64,000 nt of DNA from an uncultured Alphaproteobacteria bacterium (GTDB lineage Bacteria; Pseudomonadota; Alphaproteobacteria; Rhizobiales; Xanthobacteraceae): NCBI GenBank assembly GCA_963825225.1, contig CAWGSN010000038.1:313384-377383 (forward strand). The letters run 5' to 3'. Shown piece after piece: positions 48,371-59,502 of this stretch. Within the stretch, counting starts at the first letter, position 1. Every line of letters begins with the position of its first letter. The translations under genes were made by a program, and so were the position numbers. The notes beneath the pieces were generated by a model, which saw nothing but the letters and a program-made list of their open reading frames with translations, ran no database searches and had not been told where the DNA came from.

Positions 48371-48714
48371 ATTGCCCCGCCCTCAACCGGTTTGTTACCG
48401 GGTCGTTCCTTGGAAATTGATCTTGAGCGTCTGCGATCTGAAATACAAGCGATCAGCGCAGGTGAAAGCGAATTTCGATCTAGATCGCGTCGCGAGTGTT
48501 GCAGCAATGCAAGAGTGCGTACCGGATTCACGCTAACTTGTCGCACCGCGCCATCCGTTTTTCTGCCCGGGGTTGGAAAAAAGTATGAGTTTGCGGTCTT
48601 CGAAGTGGCGGGCAACGCCCATATCCGCGAACGGTTTCAATCGACGGCCGGGATGCGATATGATTGTGTTGCTAGGCAACCAAACCTCCCCGATGTGCGC
48701 GAAGAGGCGATGTG

Positions 48715-50343
48715 ATGGCGACCTCCGATAACAAGACGGCCGATACCGACGCGAAGATTTTCATCGGCAAGGGCGAAGAGACCGCCTGGCTGACGCTCGC
48801 GCTCGCCAATCGGCACGGCCTCGTCACCGGGGCGACCGGAACCGGCAAGACGGTGTCGCTGCAGGTGATGGCGGAAGGGTTTGCGCGCTCCGGCGTTCCG
48901 GTTTTCGCGGCCGACATCAAGGGCGACCTGTCCGGGATTTCCGAGGTCGGCGAGGCCAAGGATTTTATCGTCAAGCGGGCCAGCGAAATGGGGCTCAATT
49001 TCCAGCCCGACCAGTTCTCGACCGTATTCTGGGACGTGTTCGGCGAGCAGGGTCACCCGGTCCGGGCCACGGTTACGGAAATGGGGCCGTTGCTGCTGTC
49101 CCGGATGCTCGATCTGAACGACGTCCAGGAGGGCGTCCTCAATGTCGCGTTCCGTGTCGCCGACGAGAACGGCCTGACGCTGATCGACATGAAGGATCTT
49201 CGCGCGTTGCTGGACGCGATCGTCCCGGATACCAGCAAGAAGGGTCCGGATGTCGAAGAAGACCCGCTGGCGCCGATCCGCAAGGCGGCGCAGGGCTTCG
49301 GCAATGTCACCAAGGCGACAGTCGGAACCATTCAGCGTCAGCTTCTGGTGCTGGAAAATCAGGGTGGCACGAAATTCTTCGGCGAGCCGGCGTTGACGCT
49401 GAAGGATTTCATGAAGACTGACAGCGACGGCCGCGGCATGGTCAATATCCTGGTCGCGGACAGACTGATGCAGAGCCCGCGCCTCTACGCCACCTTCCTG
49501 TTGTGGATGCTGTCGGAGCTTTTCGAGGAACTGCCGGAGGCTGGCGATCTGCCGAAGCCCAAACTGGTGTTCTTCTTCGACGAAGCGCATCTGTTGTTCA
49601 CCGACGCGCCGAAAGCGCTGATGGACAAGATCGAGCAGGTGGTGCGGCTGATCCGCTCCAAGGGAGTCGGCGTTTATTTCGTCACGCAAAACCCGATCGA
49701 CGTGCCGGATAAGGTACTCGCCCAATTGGGCAACCGCGTACAGCACGCGTTGCGGGCGTTCACGCCGCGCGATCAGAAGGCGGTGACGGCGGCGGCGCAG
49801 ACGTTTCGGCCCAATCCGAAGCTGGATACCGCCCGCGTCATCATGGAACTCGGCAAGGGCGAGGCGTTGGTGTCGTTCCTCGAAGGCGGCGGCACGCCGG
49901 CGATGGTCGAGCGCGTCATGATCCGGCCGCCCACGGGGCGGATCGGGCCGATCACATCAGAGGAACGCAAGGCGATCATGAACAACAGCCCGGTGAAGGG
50001 CAAATACGACACCGCGATCGATGCCGAATCCGCCTATGAGATGCTGCAGAAGCGCGTGGCAGGAACGGCCGCGCATACGGATGGATCGGACGGCGGCGGC
50101 GTTGGCAGCGGCGGAATCCTCGGACAGATCGGTTCGATCGTCGGGACGATTTTCGGCACCAACGTTTCGCGCGGCAGGATGTCAACCGGCCAGATCATCG
50201 CCCGAAACGTCACGCGCTCGGTCACCAACAAGGTGGTCGGTGGGATGGCTGCCGATCTCGGCAAATCCGTCGGCGGCGCACTCGGCGGCTCGGTCGGTCG
50301 GGCGCTGGTGCGCGGCGCGCTCGGCGGATTGCTGCGGCGCTGA
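48715..50343 (+). CDS. HerA-like P-loop ATPase (DUF853/YjgR family)
   Basis: [36 protein letters not shown]. Confidence 0.92.
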   Translation: MATSDNKTADTDAKIFIGKGEETAWLTLALANRHGLVTGATGTGKTVSLQVMAEGFARSGVPVFAADIKGDLSGISEVGEAKDFIVKRASEMGLNFQPDQFSTVFWDVFGEQGHPVRATVTEMGPLLLSRMLDLNDVQEGVLNVAFRVADENGLTLIDMKDLRALLDAIVPDTSKKGPDVEEDPLAPIRKAAQGFGNVTKATVGTIQRQLLVLENQGGTKFFGEPALTLKDFMKTDSDGRGMVNILVADRLMQSPRLYATFLLWMLSELFEELPEAGDLPKPKLVFFFDEAHLLFTDAPKALMDKIEQVVRLIRSKGVGVYFVTQNPIDVPDKVLAQLGNRVQHALRAFTPRDQKAVTAAAQTFRPNPKLDTARVIMELGKGEALVSFLEGGGTPAMVERVMIRPPTGRIGPITSEERKAIMNNSPVKGKYDTAIDAESAYEMLQKRVAGTAAHTDGSDGGGVGSGGILGQIGSIVGTIFGTNVSRGRMSTGQIIARNVTRSVTNKVVGGMAADLGKSVGGALGGSVGRALVRGALGGLLRR

Positions 50344-50381
50344 TACGACGTGATCTCCCTCTGACTTCCGGAAACGAGCGC

Positions 50382-51704
50382 GTGCTGAGATATCCGTCGT
50401 TGCGAGCGCCGCTCGATATCCTGTTTCTTGTCTGCTGTGTCGCGCTGACGGCCGACGTGCTGGTCCCGGAAATCTGGGGCAACGGCAAGACCAAGGACTA
50501 CCCGCTGTGGTTCTGGGCCGGACAGCAGGTGCTGCAGGGCAAGAACCTCTATCCCAACGATCCCGCCAGCTATTTCGATTTCATCTATCCGCCGCTGCCG
50601 GCCCTGCTGCTGGCGATCCCGAGCTATCTTGGCAAGATCCCGCTTTATCTAGGCCTGTCGTTGCTCAACATCGTCGCGTGGTGGATGACGGCGCAATTCT
50701 CGCATGCGATGGCGGGATCGGGGCGCAAGCCGGCCCCGTGGCTGGAAGCGCTGCCGGGCTTCGTCACTGTTACTTTTGTCTTTGACATGTTCGACCTCGG
50801 GCAGCCCAACCTCGTGCTGCTGGCGCTGATGCTGTACGGCTTCTGGCTCTTGCGGGATCAGCGCGGATGGATGGCGGGAAGCATGTTCGCGCTTGCTACC
50901 GCGATCAAGGTGTTCCCGGTGGCGGTGCTTCCCTATCTGATCTGGCGCCGGCAATGGACGGCGGCCGCAAGCATGCTGGTCTTTCTGGGTGTATTCCTGT
51001 TCGTGCTGCCGGCGCCATTTCGCGGCGCCCAGCACAACGTCGCGGAGCTGAAGACCTGGTATCAGGGCATGGTGGGCTCGAGCTCGGAGAAGGGGTTCGG
51101 CCAACGCGACGAGCAGAACTGGTCCTGGGTCAATCAGTCCATCATCGCAGTAACGCACCGTCTGACGCGGCCGCTGAATTACAATCAGGATGATCCGGCC
51201 AAGCCCGTACGCACCATGAATCTCGTCAACCTCGATTTCAGGACGGCGAACTGGATCGTATTGGCGATCTCGCTTGCGATCGGGATCGGTTATCTCGCGG
51301 TGATGCCACCGGCCTCGCACCGGACCGAACGGTCGGACGCCGAGGAGATCGGCATCCTGTTCTGTCTGATGACGGTCGCCTCGCCGCTGGCCCGCCAATA
51401 TTATTTCATGTGGCTGTTCTACCCAATCACCGTTCTGATCCATCGCGCCGCGTATGATCCGCGGCCTGTGGTCAGTGCCGGGACATGGGCGCTTCTGGCC
51501 GCCGCGGGTGTCCTCTTGTGCCTGGCGCTTCCAATTTTTCCGAACCAGCTGCAAGCCTATGGCAATAATCTCGCCGCCACCGCCGTTCTTGTGGCGGGGC
51601 TGGTCTGGCACATCATGAATCCGCCTACAGCCGATGCCGCCGGCGCTTTGCCTCAGGCCACAAGCGAGGTACAAACTGCCGCCAACAACAATACCCACAG
51701 CTAA
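50382..51704 (+). CDS. GT87 family (DUF2029) membrane glycosyltransferase
   Basis: KDY, FIYPP, LGQPN, AIKVFP, NQS; multiple TM. Confidence 0.82.
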   Translation: MLRYPSLRAPLDILFLVCCVALTADVLVPEIWGNGKTKDYPLWFWAGQQVLQGKNLYPNDPASYFDFIYPPLPALLLAIPSYLGKIPLYLGLSLLNIVAWWMTAQFSHAMAGSGRKPAPWLEALPGFVTVTFVFDMFDLGQPNLVLLALMLYGFWLLRDQRGWMAGSMFALATAIKVFPVAVLPYLIWRRQWTAAASMLVFLGVFLFVLPAPFRGAQHNVAELKTWYQGMVGSSSEKGFGQRDEQNWSWVNQSIIAVTHRLTRPLNYNQDDPAKPVRTMNLVNLDFRTANWIVLAISLAIGIGYLAVMPPASHRTERSDAEEIGILFCLMTVASPLARQYYFMWLFYPITVLIHRAAYDPRPVVSAGTWALLAAAGVLLCLALPIFPNQLQAYGNNLAATAVLVAGLVWHIMNPPTADAAGALPQATSEVQTAANNNTHS

Positions 51705-51715
51705 GGGAAACCAGG

Positions 51716-53122
51716 ATGTCCAGCGCACAGCTTCAGCCGGTCCTCGACCGCATCGATGCCGATTTCGACAACAGCCTCGAGCGGCTGTTTGCGCTGCTGC
51801 GGATCAAGTCGATCTCGGCCGACCCGGCCTTTGCCGGCGACTGCAAGGCGGCCGCCGATCATCTCGCCAGGGATATCGCGACGATCGGCTTCACGGCTGA
51901 CGTGAGGCCGACGGCGGGACATCCCGCCATCATAGCCAAAGCCAATGACGGCAAGGGCGGGCGGCCGCATGTGCTGTTCTACGGTCACTACGATGTGCAG
52001 CCGGTCGATCCCTTGAACTTGTGGCACCGTCCGCCGTTCGAGCCAGCCGTGACCGACCATGCCGACGGCCGCAAGATTATCGTCGCGCGTGGCGCCGAGG
52101 ACGACAAGGGTCAGTTGATGACCTTTGTCGAAGCCTGCCGCGCCTGGAAGTCGGTGACGGGATCGCTGCCGGTCGACATCACCATCGTCATCGAAGGCGA
52201 GGAGGAAATCGGATCGAAGAATTTTGCGCCGTTCCTCGAGCAGAACAAAGCCGACCTCAAGGCGAACTTCGCGCTGGTGTGTGATACCGGCATGTGGGAC
52301 CAGAACACGCCGGCGATCACCACCTCGCTGCGCGGTCTCGTCTATGACGAGGTCAAGATCAAGGCTGCCAGCCGCGACCTGCATTCCGGCATCTTCGGCG
52401 GCGGCGCGCAAAATCCGATCCGGGTACTGACCCGTATTCTCGGCGGCCTGCACGACGAGAACGGCCACATCACCATTCCCGGCTTCTACGATGGCGTGAA
52501 GGACCTGCCGGCGGATATCCTGGCGCAACGGAAGAATCTCAACTTGACGCCAGAGTCGTTCCTGAAGCCGATTGGCCTTTCGCTTCCCGCCGGTGAGAGA
52601 GACCGCCTCCTGATCGAACAGGTCTCGTCGCGCCCGACCTGCGACATCAACGGTATCATCGGCGGCTATACCGGCGAGGGTTCCAAGACGGTGATCCCGG
52701 CGGAGGCTTCCGCCAAAATTTCGTTCCGGCTGGTGGAAGGGCAGATCCCGGATAAAATCCGCAAGGCCTTCCGCGACTATGTCACGTCGCGGCTGCCCGG
52801 CGATTGCAAGGCCGAATTCACCGACCACTCCAACGCCCCGGCGATCGGCCTCGACTGGAACATGAAGCCGCTCGCCGCCGCCAAGCGCGCGCTGACGGAT
52901 GAGTGGGGCAAGGAAGCGCTGCTGATCGGCTCGGGCGGCTCGATTCCGATCGTGGCGGATTTCAAGCGCACGCTCGGCCTCGACACCGTGCTGGTGGGTT
53001 TTGGCCTCGACGACGACAACATCCATTCGCCGAACGAGAAGTACGACCTGAAGAGCTTTCACAAGGGCATCCGCTCCTGGGCGCGAATTCTCGGCGCCTT
53101 CGCGGAGGCGCCGAAGGGATAG
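51716..53122 (+). CDS. M20/M25/M40 family dipeptidase
   Basis: YGHYDVQP, RGAEDDKG, EGEEEIGS, DLHSG, HSPNE. Confidence 0.92.
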   Translation: MSSAQLQPVLDRIDADFDNSLERLFALLRIKSISADPAFAGDCKAAADHLARDIATIGFTADVRPTAGHPAIIAKANDGKGGRPHVLFYGHYDVQPVDPLNLWHRPPFEPAVTDHADGRKIIVARGAEDDKGQLMTFVEACRAWKSVTGSLPVDITIVIEGEEEIGSKNFAPFLEQNKADLKANFALVCDTGMWDQNTPAITTSLRGLVYDEVKIKAASRDLHSGIFGGGAQNPIRVLTRILGGLHDENGHITIPGFYDGVKDLPADILAQRKNLNLTPESFLKPIGLSLPAGERDRLLIEQVSSRPTCDINGIIGGYTGEGSKTVIPAEASAKISFRLVEGQIPDKIRKAFRDYVTSRLPGDCKAEFTDHSNAPAIGLDWNMKPLAAAKRALTDEWGKEALLIGSGGSIPIVADFKRTLGLDTVLVGFGLDDDNIHSPNEKYDLKSFHKGIRSWARILGAFAEAPKG

Positions 53123-53352
53123 CCGAAATGGCCGCTGGAACGCGATCTGCACACGAGCGGTTCGATGGGACGAAGGCGAGGGCACCCGAGAATGGTGGCT
53201 GGCTGCCCATCGTCAGTTGTTTGGGCGGCGCGCCACTGGCCAGGGTTTTCGGATGCATGACGAGATCGAAACCACCTTCGAGCGGTTCGAGGTGGTATGG
53301 CCTCCCGAAATAGCGGACGCCACCCGCCCGTACTGCGACGCGAACCGAAGAT

Positions 53353-53383
53353 AAAAACGCCGCCCGGAATTGGGCGGCGTTTG
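53353..53383 (-). terminator. Intrinsic terminator, possibly bidirectional
   Basis: AAAAACGCCGCCC-GGAATT-GGGCGGCGTTT, between convergent genes. Confidence 0.65.
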
Positions 53384-53526
53384 ACTGAAGACGTGTAGAG
53401 GATGTGTGGATGATAATTTAGCGGATTCGTGCGGTTTCGTCCATCGCAACTTCGTTCGATATCCGACCCGTCATGCCGAGGTGCGAGCCATAGCCTGGGC
53501 CGCGCCTCGAATGCTGGTGCGGGTCC

Positions 53527-54510
53527 TTACTCCAGCGGATAGGGCCCGTCGCGGAAGACAAGATCATGATAGCCTTTGCTGCCTACCTCACGCGCGAGTG
53601 GGCTGCGGATGTCGTCATTGCTCTGCAGCCGCGCCACCAGCGCCCGGAAATCATGGCGCGGTTGCCAGCCGAGCCCGGCGCGCGCCTTGTTGTTGACGTA
53701 AACCCGGTCGATGCCGGAAATCATCGTCCAACCGCGCCGTGCATATTCCGCCTCATAGTCGGGCACGTAACGGCGGAGCACCCGTGGCACGTCGCTGCGC
53801 AATTCCACCACGTCATCGCGCGAGAATGGCGTCGTGGCGCTAATGATGTATCTCGCGAAACCGGCCGACGGGACGCGGCGGGCGGCCAGGAGATGCGCGC
53901 TAACGACGTCCTCGATATCGACGCGGCGGTAGAGAAACTCGTTGGCCTTGACGTTGGCATCGGCATAGCCCTCGCGTATTGCGCGATTATCGTCTTCCTC
54001 GGGAAAGAACCGCGAGGTGCGCAGGACGATCGCACCAAGTGAATGGTTGCGCGCAAACAGCTGGCACAGATCCTCCGCGGCCGCCTTGGTGACGCCGTAG
54101 ATGTTTTTGGGCACCCGGATGACGTCTTCCGTCACCCAGGCCGCCGGTTCGCCCGGCGGCGGCACCAGCGCGTCGCCGAACACGCTCGTGGTGCTCGTGT
54201 ATACGAACGCCGTGACACCGGCCGCGGCGGCTTCCTCGAGCAGATTGAGCGTGCCTGTGACGTTAACGTCGACAAAGTCCTGATGGCTGTGGGTCGCCAC
54301 ATGCGGCTTGTGCAGTGTCGCGGCGTGCAGCACGGCCGTGACGCCCTTCACGCAATGTCGGACAAAGCCGCGGTCGGCAATCGAACCCACCCGTTGCGTG
54401 AAGGCACCGGGAAGAATGTCGATGCCGATGACTTCACGCCGCTGCGCCTGCAGGGTACGGACCAGCGCCTCGCCGAGATGGCCGGAACTGCCGGTCACCA
54501 GAGTAGTCAC
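53527..54510 (-). CDS. NAD-dependent epimerase/dehydratase family protein
   Basis: TGSSGHLG, HAATLHKPH, YTSTTS, YGVTK. Confidence 0.9.
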   Translation of the reverse strand: MTTLVTGSSGHLGEALVRTLQAQRREVIGIDILPGAFTQRVGSIADRGFVRHCVKGVTAVLHAATLHKPHVATHSHQDFVDVNVTGTLNLLEEAAAAGVTAFVYTSTTSVFGDALVPPPGEPAAWVTEDVIRVPKNIYGVTKAAAEDLCQLFARNHSLGAIVLRTSRFFPEEDDNRAIREGYADANVKANEFLYRRVDIEDVVSAHLLAARRVPSAGFARYIISATTPFSRDDVVELRSDVPRVLRRYVPDYEAEYARRGWTMISGIDRVYVNNKARAGLGWQPRHDFRALVARLQSNDDIRSPLAREVGSKGYHDLVFRDGPYPLE

Positions 54511-54550
54511 GTCGCTGAACCTTTCACGCTGTTCGCCCGCCTGTGGGGCG

Positions 54551-55330
54551 TCAGGTCCGGTAGCTCGGGTCGATGCGGTCGAGCTTGCGCAACAGCGGCG
54601 GCCACACGAGGTTGGTCGAGCGCATTTCCGCGCGTTCGGGATTGTGGAACACCTGCTCGTTCTTGTCGATCACGGCCTTCTCGATCGGATAAGCGGTCGG
54701 CCCCAGCATGCGGGTGCGCACCTGCATCGTGCAGGCCCGCTCCAGATGGTACATGCGCTCGAAGGCGGAGGCGACCGAGCGGCCGACCGTGAGCGTGCCG
54801 TGGTTGCGCAGCAGCATGTGATTCTTGTCGCCGAGGTCCTTCTGTAGCCGCGGGCGCTCGTCATGGTCCAGCGCCACGCCTTCATAGTCGTGATAGGCGA
54901 GGTCGTGGGTGACGAAATGCGCGGTCTGGTTCATCGGCAGCAGGCCTTCCATGCAGCTCGCCACCGCGGTGCCGTCGGGCGTGTGCAAATGAAGCACGCA
55001 GCCGGCGTCCTCGCGGACCTCGTGGATCGCCGAATGGATGGTGAAGCCCGCCGGGTTGATGCTGTAATCGCTCTTCGTCAGCTGATTGCCGTCGAGATCG
55101 ACCTTGACCAGGCTCGAGGCGGTGATCTCGTCGAACATCAAGCCGTAGGGATTGATCAGGAAGTGATGTTCGGGGCCTGGCACGCGCGCCGAGATGTGGG
55201 TGTCGACCAGATCGTCCCAACCGTACAGCGCCACCAGGCGATAGCAGGCGGCGAGATTGATGCGCTGGTTCCACTCGGCATCCGTCATGCCGGTCGGAAC
55301 TTCCTTCAGAAGAGCTTCGGCTGGTGACAT
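54551..55330 (-). CDS. Class II aldolase/adducin family protein
   Basis: THISARVPG, AGFTIHSAIH, HLHT, LRNHG. Confidence 0.92.
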   Translation of the reverse strand: MSPAEALLKEVPTGMTDAEWNQRINLAACYRLVALYGWDDLVDTHISARVPGPEHHFLINPYGLMFDEITASSLVKVDLDGNQLTKSDYSINPAGFTIHSAIHEVREDAGCVLHLHTPDGTAVASCMEGLLPMNQTAHFVTHDLAYHDYEGVALDHDERPRLQKDLGDKNHMLLRNHGTLTVGRSVASAFERMYHLERACTMQVRTRMLGPTAYPIEKAVIDKNEQVFHNPERAEMRSTNLVWPPLLRKLDRIDPSYRT

Positions 55331-55447
55331 GACCGGTTTCTCCCGTGTGTTCTGATTTTCGCGCGCGAGCCTAGCCCCGCGCCCGCGCCGCAGCAAGGCG
55401 CGGCCCTGGGGTAGCTGTTATGCTTTTTGTGGCTCGGAGAAGGGCTG

Positions 55448-57097
55448 CTACGGCGCCGGAATCGCCAGCAAGGTCGAAATACTGCGGCCGCGGATATCGT
55501 AGACGCGCGCGAACACGACATCGTCGCGCTTGATCTCAACCATGACCGGTGCGGTCAGGCCCTTGCAGTAGAACTCGCCCAGCGTCATCGCGAAGTCGGC
55601 GGCGTTGCTGTCCCAACCGATCGTGAAGTCAGGGCCGAGCGCGACCTGCGCCGGACGTTGCGGGCCACACACCGCGACCTTCCATTTGCGTCCCCGCGGC
55701 GCCACTTCCTGCCGCTCGACGAGTTCATCGCGCAGGCCGTCCGAGGCCTGCTTCAGTGCCAGCCCCCAATAGTCCAGCATGAACAGATTGTCGGCGGAGC
55801 GAACCGTGCCGGCGATGTGGTTGAAGTGGGTGTATTCGTAAGGATGCAGGCGGACCATTTCGCTGAGCGGCAGCAACAGGCCAAACGTGAACACCGCGAG
55901 CGCGGCAGGTTGCCAGCTGCGGCGGTTTTCCTTCAGCCAGTTCATGCCCCAGCCGAAGGCTAGACCCGCCAGCACCGTCATCGGCGGGATCACGAAAACG
56001 AAGTGTCGGATGCCGTTGTAGAGCGCGGGCCGCTTCACCATCGCGATCACCAGCGGCAGCGTTGCCGCCAGCGTCAGCATCAACAGGATAGTCTTGCGGC
56101 GGGCCGGCACGTCGGTATGCGACAGCGAAATGATGGTGCCGATGACGCCGGCGAACAACAACGCCAGCAGCACTTCGGGAAGCTGCAGCGCGAACAGCGT
56201 CGGCAAATACGACCACGGCATGTCCGGCACCGACACCAGAGCGCCGTCGAACATTTCCTTCCAGGGCTTTTCGAAGAAATGCGAAAAATACGTCAGCGCC
56301 TGGAACGGATGGCCCGGTTCCATGATCGACCACGGCCATACCAGGCCCATGACGAGATAGCCGAAAACGAGGCCTGGCAGCAGCACGTAGATCACATGGG
56401 CAAAGCGATGCGCGGCTTCGCGCGGTCCCTGCCTACGAAACTCCTCGATCAGCAACGGCACGAAGCCTGCCACCGCGTAGACCAGCGCCAGCCCGCCCAA
56501 AACCCGGCAGCCGATGGAGAGGCCGGCTCCAAATCCCACGATCAGAATGGTTCGCGGCGAAGGCGAGGGATACTCCTCGGCAAGGCGGACGAGGCCCAGG
56601 ATCAGGATCACCATCGAGACGGCGAATGGTGCGTCCTTCGGATTCATGAACATGTGCCCGTAGAAGGTCGGACACAGCGCCAGCAAGAGCAGCGTCGCAA
56701 GTCCGGCCAGCGGACCGCCGACGCGGCGCGCCAGCCGCCACGTCACGGCAAGGCCGATCGCGCCGACGACGGCGCCGAGCAGGCGGCGGGTCTCAAACAG
56801 TTCGAGCGGAATGATTTTGTGCAGCAGTGCGGCCGCCATGTCGAAGCCGCCGCCATACATGTAGAGATTGGCAAACGACAGCGCGCCGGTATCCTTAAAA
56901 CCGGTGCCATACATACGCAGCAGCAGATCGGCATATTCGGCGTGGGTATAGTCGTCCCAGCCCAGCCCGTAGTCACGGAAGGTGAGGCCCGCGATCAGAC
57001 TGACCACCGCCAGCACAAGCATGGCAAGGTCGTCGCTGGTCCGCTCCACCGAGCGCCTCGCAGGCGTATCGAGGGCAGATGTCGTGATGGATGACAT
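55448..57097 (-). CDS. GT39/ArnT-like membrane glycosyltransferase
   Basis: DYGLGWDD, NPKDAPFA, YNGIRHF, DYWG; many TM. Confidence 0.82.
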   Translation of the reverse strand: MSSITTSALDTPARRSVERTSDDLAMLVLAVVSLIAGLTFRDYGLGWDDYTHAEYADLLLRMYGTGFKDTGALSFANLYMYGGGFDMAAALLHKIIPLELFETRRLLGAVVGAIGLAVTWRLARRVGGPLAGLATLLLLALCPTFYGHMFMNPKDAPFAVSMVILILGLVRLAEEYPSPSPRTILIVGFGAGLSIGCRVLGGLALVYAVAGFVPLLIEEFRRQGPREAAHRFAHVIYVLLPGLVFGYLVMGLVWPWSIMEPGHPFQALTYFSHFFEKPWKEMFDGALVSVPDMPWSYLPTLFALQLPEVLLALLFAGVIGTIISLSHTDVPARRKTILLMLTLAATLPLVIAMVKRPALYNGIRHFVFVIPPMTVLAGLAFGWGMNWLKENRRSWQPAALAVFTFGLLLPLSEMVRLHPYEYTHFNHIAGTVRSADNLFMLDYWGLALKQASDGLRDELVERQEVAPRGRKWKVAVCGPQRPAQVALGPDFTIGWDSNAADFAMTLGEFYCKGLTAPVMVEIKRDDVVFARVYDIRGRSISTLLAIPAP

Positions 57098-57452
57098 GTC
57101 TATTGGTTAACCCGGTGTCCCCTTATGGCCCCGTAATTGCGCCTTTGAGCCTTATTCCCGGGCCTCCATATAGCGCAGTTCCATTTCCAAGTAATTGGCA
57201 ATTGTGGCCTAATTCCCTGATGCAACGCAGCAAATTGGCAGTAATTGGTAGGCCGTAGATATACGGACGGGGCTGAACGCCACCTGAATGAGCCCGGTCG
57301 CCCTCGAATTGCCGACTGGACATGCTGCTCCCCGGCGCGGAGATTTTTGGGAACCCTGTGCACAATTGCCGGTTGGCGATGCACACATTATGACGGTATC
57401 GTGGCATTGGCGGATTGCGAGCATTTCGGGCGCAAACGCGGGGGTTGGTTCG

Positions 57453-58355
57453 ATGATGGTTGGCATGTTGGTCGCGGGTATCAGCCTTGTTTTGGCGGGC
57501 CTGCTCGCGATCGGCTTCGGGTTCCCGGTCAAGGAATTCAGTTTCGGTAACACGCTGATTCTCACTGGCGTGATGGCGGTTTGCACCGGCGCGATCATGC
57601 TCGCGCTCTGGATGGCCGTGAGGGAACTGAAAACCATCGCGCGGTGGCTTGGCGCGGGTGGCGCCCAGCCGCGCGGCGACGTCGCGATACGACCGGTGCT
57701 GCCCCCGGGGGCCTGGCGCGAGCCGGCGCCCGCCGATGGCGGCTTCCTGTTCAACCGCGACCAGCAGGCCGCGGAGAATGCAACCAGCCCCGAGCCCGCC
57801 GCGGCGTCCGCGCCATCGCCGCCGCCGTGGCAGGACGAGGCCGCTTCGCGCGATCGTCCGCGCAGCGATGCGGCGCCTGAAGTCGCGCCGGCTGCGGCCG
57901 CATTGGCTGCCAAACCAAGGCGCAATCTGTTGTTTTCCTCGACGTCGCGGAAGGAGCGCGAGCGGGCGCAGGCGCGAACCAGCGAGCCGTTGCCGCCGGA
58001 TCTGCTGTCGCCGGACCTTCGTCCCAATCCGCCGGCCGCACCGCCGCCGCCCGAGCCCGTCGAGGCGCAGCCCGCATCGTTCGACGATGCCTGGCCGAAA
58101 TCGGAACGGCCAAGGCCCGGTGACGTTGAGCCGAAGCGGCGCGGTCCCCGGACACCCTCGACCTTCAACGAGGCCAATGACGCCACGGCGCGAAATGAAG
58201 ATCAGCCGGCGGTGAAGGTGCTGAAGTCAGGCGTCGTCGATGGCATGGCCTATTCGCTTTATTCCGACGGTTCGATCGAGGCACAGATGCCGGAAGGCAT
58301 GATGCGCTTTGCGTCGATCGACGAATTGCGCTCCCACCTCGATCAGCGGCCGTAA
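57453..58355 (+). CDS. Hypothetical membrane protein (2 N-terminal TM, Pro-rich linker, conserved C-terminal domain)
   Basis: C-terminal VLKSGVVDGMAYSLYSDGSIEAQMPEGMMRFASIDELR. Confidence 0.75.
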   Translation: MMVGMLVAGISLVLAGLLAIGFGFPVKEFSFGNTLILTGVMAVCTGAIMLALWMAVRELKTIARWLGAGGAQPRGDVAIRPVLPPGAWREPAPADGGFLFNRDQQAAENATSPEPAAASAPSPPPWQDEAASRDRPRSDAAPEVAPAAAALAAKPRRNLLFSSTSRKERERAQARTSEPLPPDLLSPDLRPNPPAAPPPPEPVEAQPASFDDAWPKSERPRPGDVEPKRRGPRTPSTFNEANDATARNEDQPAVKVLKSGVVDGMAYSLYSDGSIEAQMPEGMMRFASIDELRSHLDQRP

Positions 58356-58536
58356 GGCGGACAATACTTGCCGCGACCTCCGGTTCGAAAATAAAACGCC
58401 GTTGTTCTTGTCAGATTCGCGGTAATCCGCTCATATTGACCAAGTCGTACTAGATTCCGCCTGCGTATAGCGGCGGCCGTATACTGCCAGGACCGTGCGG
58501 CTCCTAGCGCGCTCGAGATCCCAGGAAGGTTGAACC

Positions 58537-58950
58537 ATGTCCGATCCCGTCGGCAAAACACCGGTCGAACTGACGGCCAACATCGTATCGGCCTATCTCA
58601 GCAACAATCCGACGCAGGCGTCCGAAATCCCGAACCTGATCAGCCAGGTTCACGCCGCCCTGCTGCGGGTGTCGAGCGGCCGGGCCGACACCCCGCTCGA
58701 GCCGGCCAAGCCCGCCGTGTCGGTCAAGAAATCGATGACGCCGGAATATCTGGTCTGTCTCGAGGACGGCAAGCGCTTCAAGTCGCTGAAGCGCCATTTG
58801 CGTACGCAGTACAACATGACGCCGGAGCAATACCGCGACAAATGGGGCCTGCCAGCCGACTACCCGATGGTGGCGCCGAATTATGCGGTGGCCCGTTCGC
58901 AACTCGCCAAGAAAATGGGCCTCGGCCAGCAGGCGCGGAAGCGGAAGTAG
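58537..58950 (+). CDS. mucR: Ros/MucR family transcriptional regulator
   Basis: ELTANIVSAY, PAVSVKKS, CLEDGKRFKSLKRHL, YPMVAPNY; close to divJ, as in other Rhizobiales. Confidence 0.93.
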   Translation: MSDPVGKTPVELTANIVSAYLSNNPTQASEIPNLISQVHAALLRVSSGRADTPLEPAKPAVSVKKSMTPEYLVCLEDGKRFKSLKRHLRTQYNMTPEQYRDKWGLPADYPMVAPNYAVARSQLAKKMGLGQQARKRK

Positions 58951-58973
58951 CCTTCCTTATTCAGAAGCTGCGC

Positions 58974-59402
58974 TCAGGAAGCCGTGGCGAGCGCCTCGCG
59001 CGCATCGGAGCGGATGCGCTCGACCATCGAGCGCAGGCCGTTGGAGCGCTGCGGCGTCAGGTGCTCGCGAAATCCGAATTCGTCGAACACTGCGATCGCG
59101 TCGGCGGAAAGGATCTGCTGCGGCGTGTGGCCGGAATAGAGCGTCAGCAGGATCGCGATCAGGCCGCGCACGATGTGGGCGTCGCTGTCGCCGAGATAGT
59201 TCAACCGCGGTTCGCCGTTGCCGCTGCGGTCGATCCGCTTGGCGAGCCAGACCTGACTGGCGCAGCCATTGACCTTGTTGGCCGCGGAATGCTCGGCCTC
59301 CGGCATCGGCGCCAGCGTGCGGCCGAGTTCGATGACGTACCGGTAGCGGTCGTCCCACTCGTCCAGCAGCGCGAAATTGTCCCTGATCTCATCGATCGTC
59401 AT
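58974..59402 (-). CDS. sufE: SufE family sulfur acceptor
   Basis: WDDRYRYVIELG, VNGCASQVW, GDSDAHIVRGL, LTPQRSNGL. Confidence 0.92.
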   Translation of the reverse strand: MTIDEIRDNFALLDEWDDRYRYVIELGRTLAPMPEAEHSAANKVNGCASQVWLAKRIDRSGNGEPRLNYLGDSDAHIVRGLIAILLTLYSGHTPQQILSADAIAVFDEFGFREHLTPQRSNGLRSMVERIRSDAREALATAS

Positions 59403-59502
59403 CGTGGCCCGCGTCCCATACTCAACTCGTTATATAGGATGCGGGCGTATCGAAAGCGATGAAAATGGAACCGGTTCCGGGCCTATTTTCGGGCGATTCC
59501 GG

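Noticed and set aside
53123-53526. 400-bp gap with a coding-like minus-strand fragment (GGVRYFGRPYHLEPLEGG...), a hairpin, and a 15-nt match (AAATGGCCGCTGGAA) to the 9290 hairpin arm
   Set aside because: No start/RBS or recognisable family; the short match lacks the second arm and may be chance.
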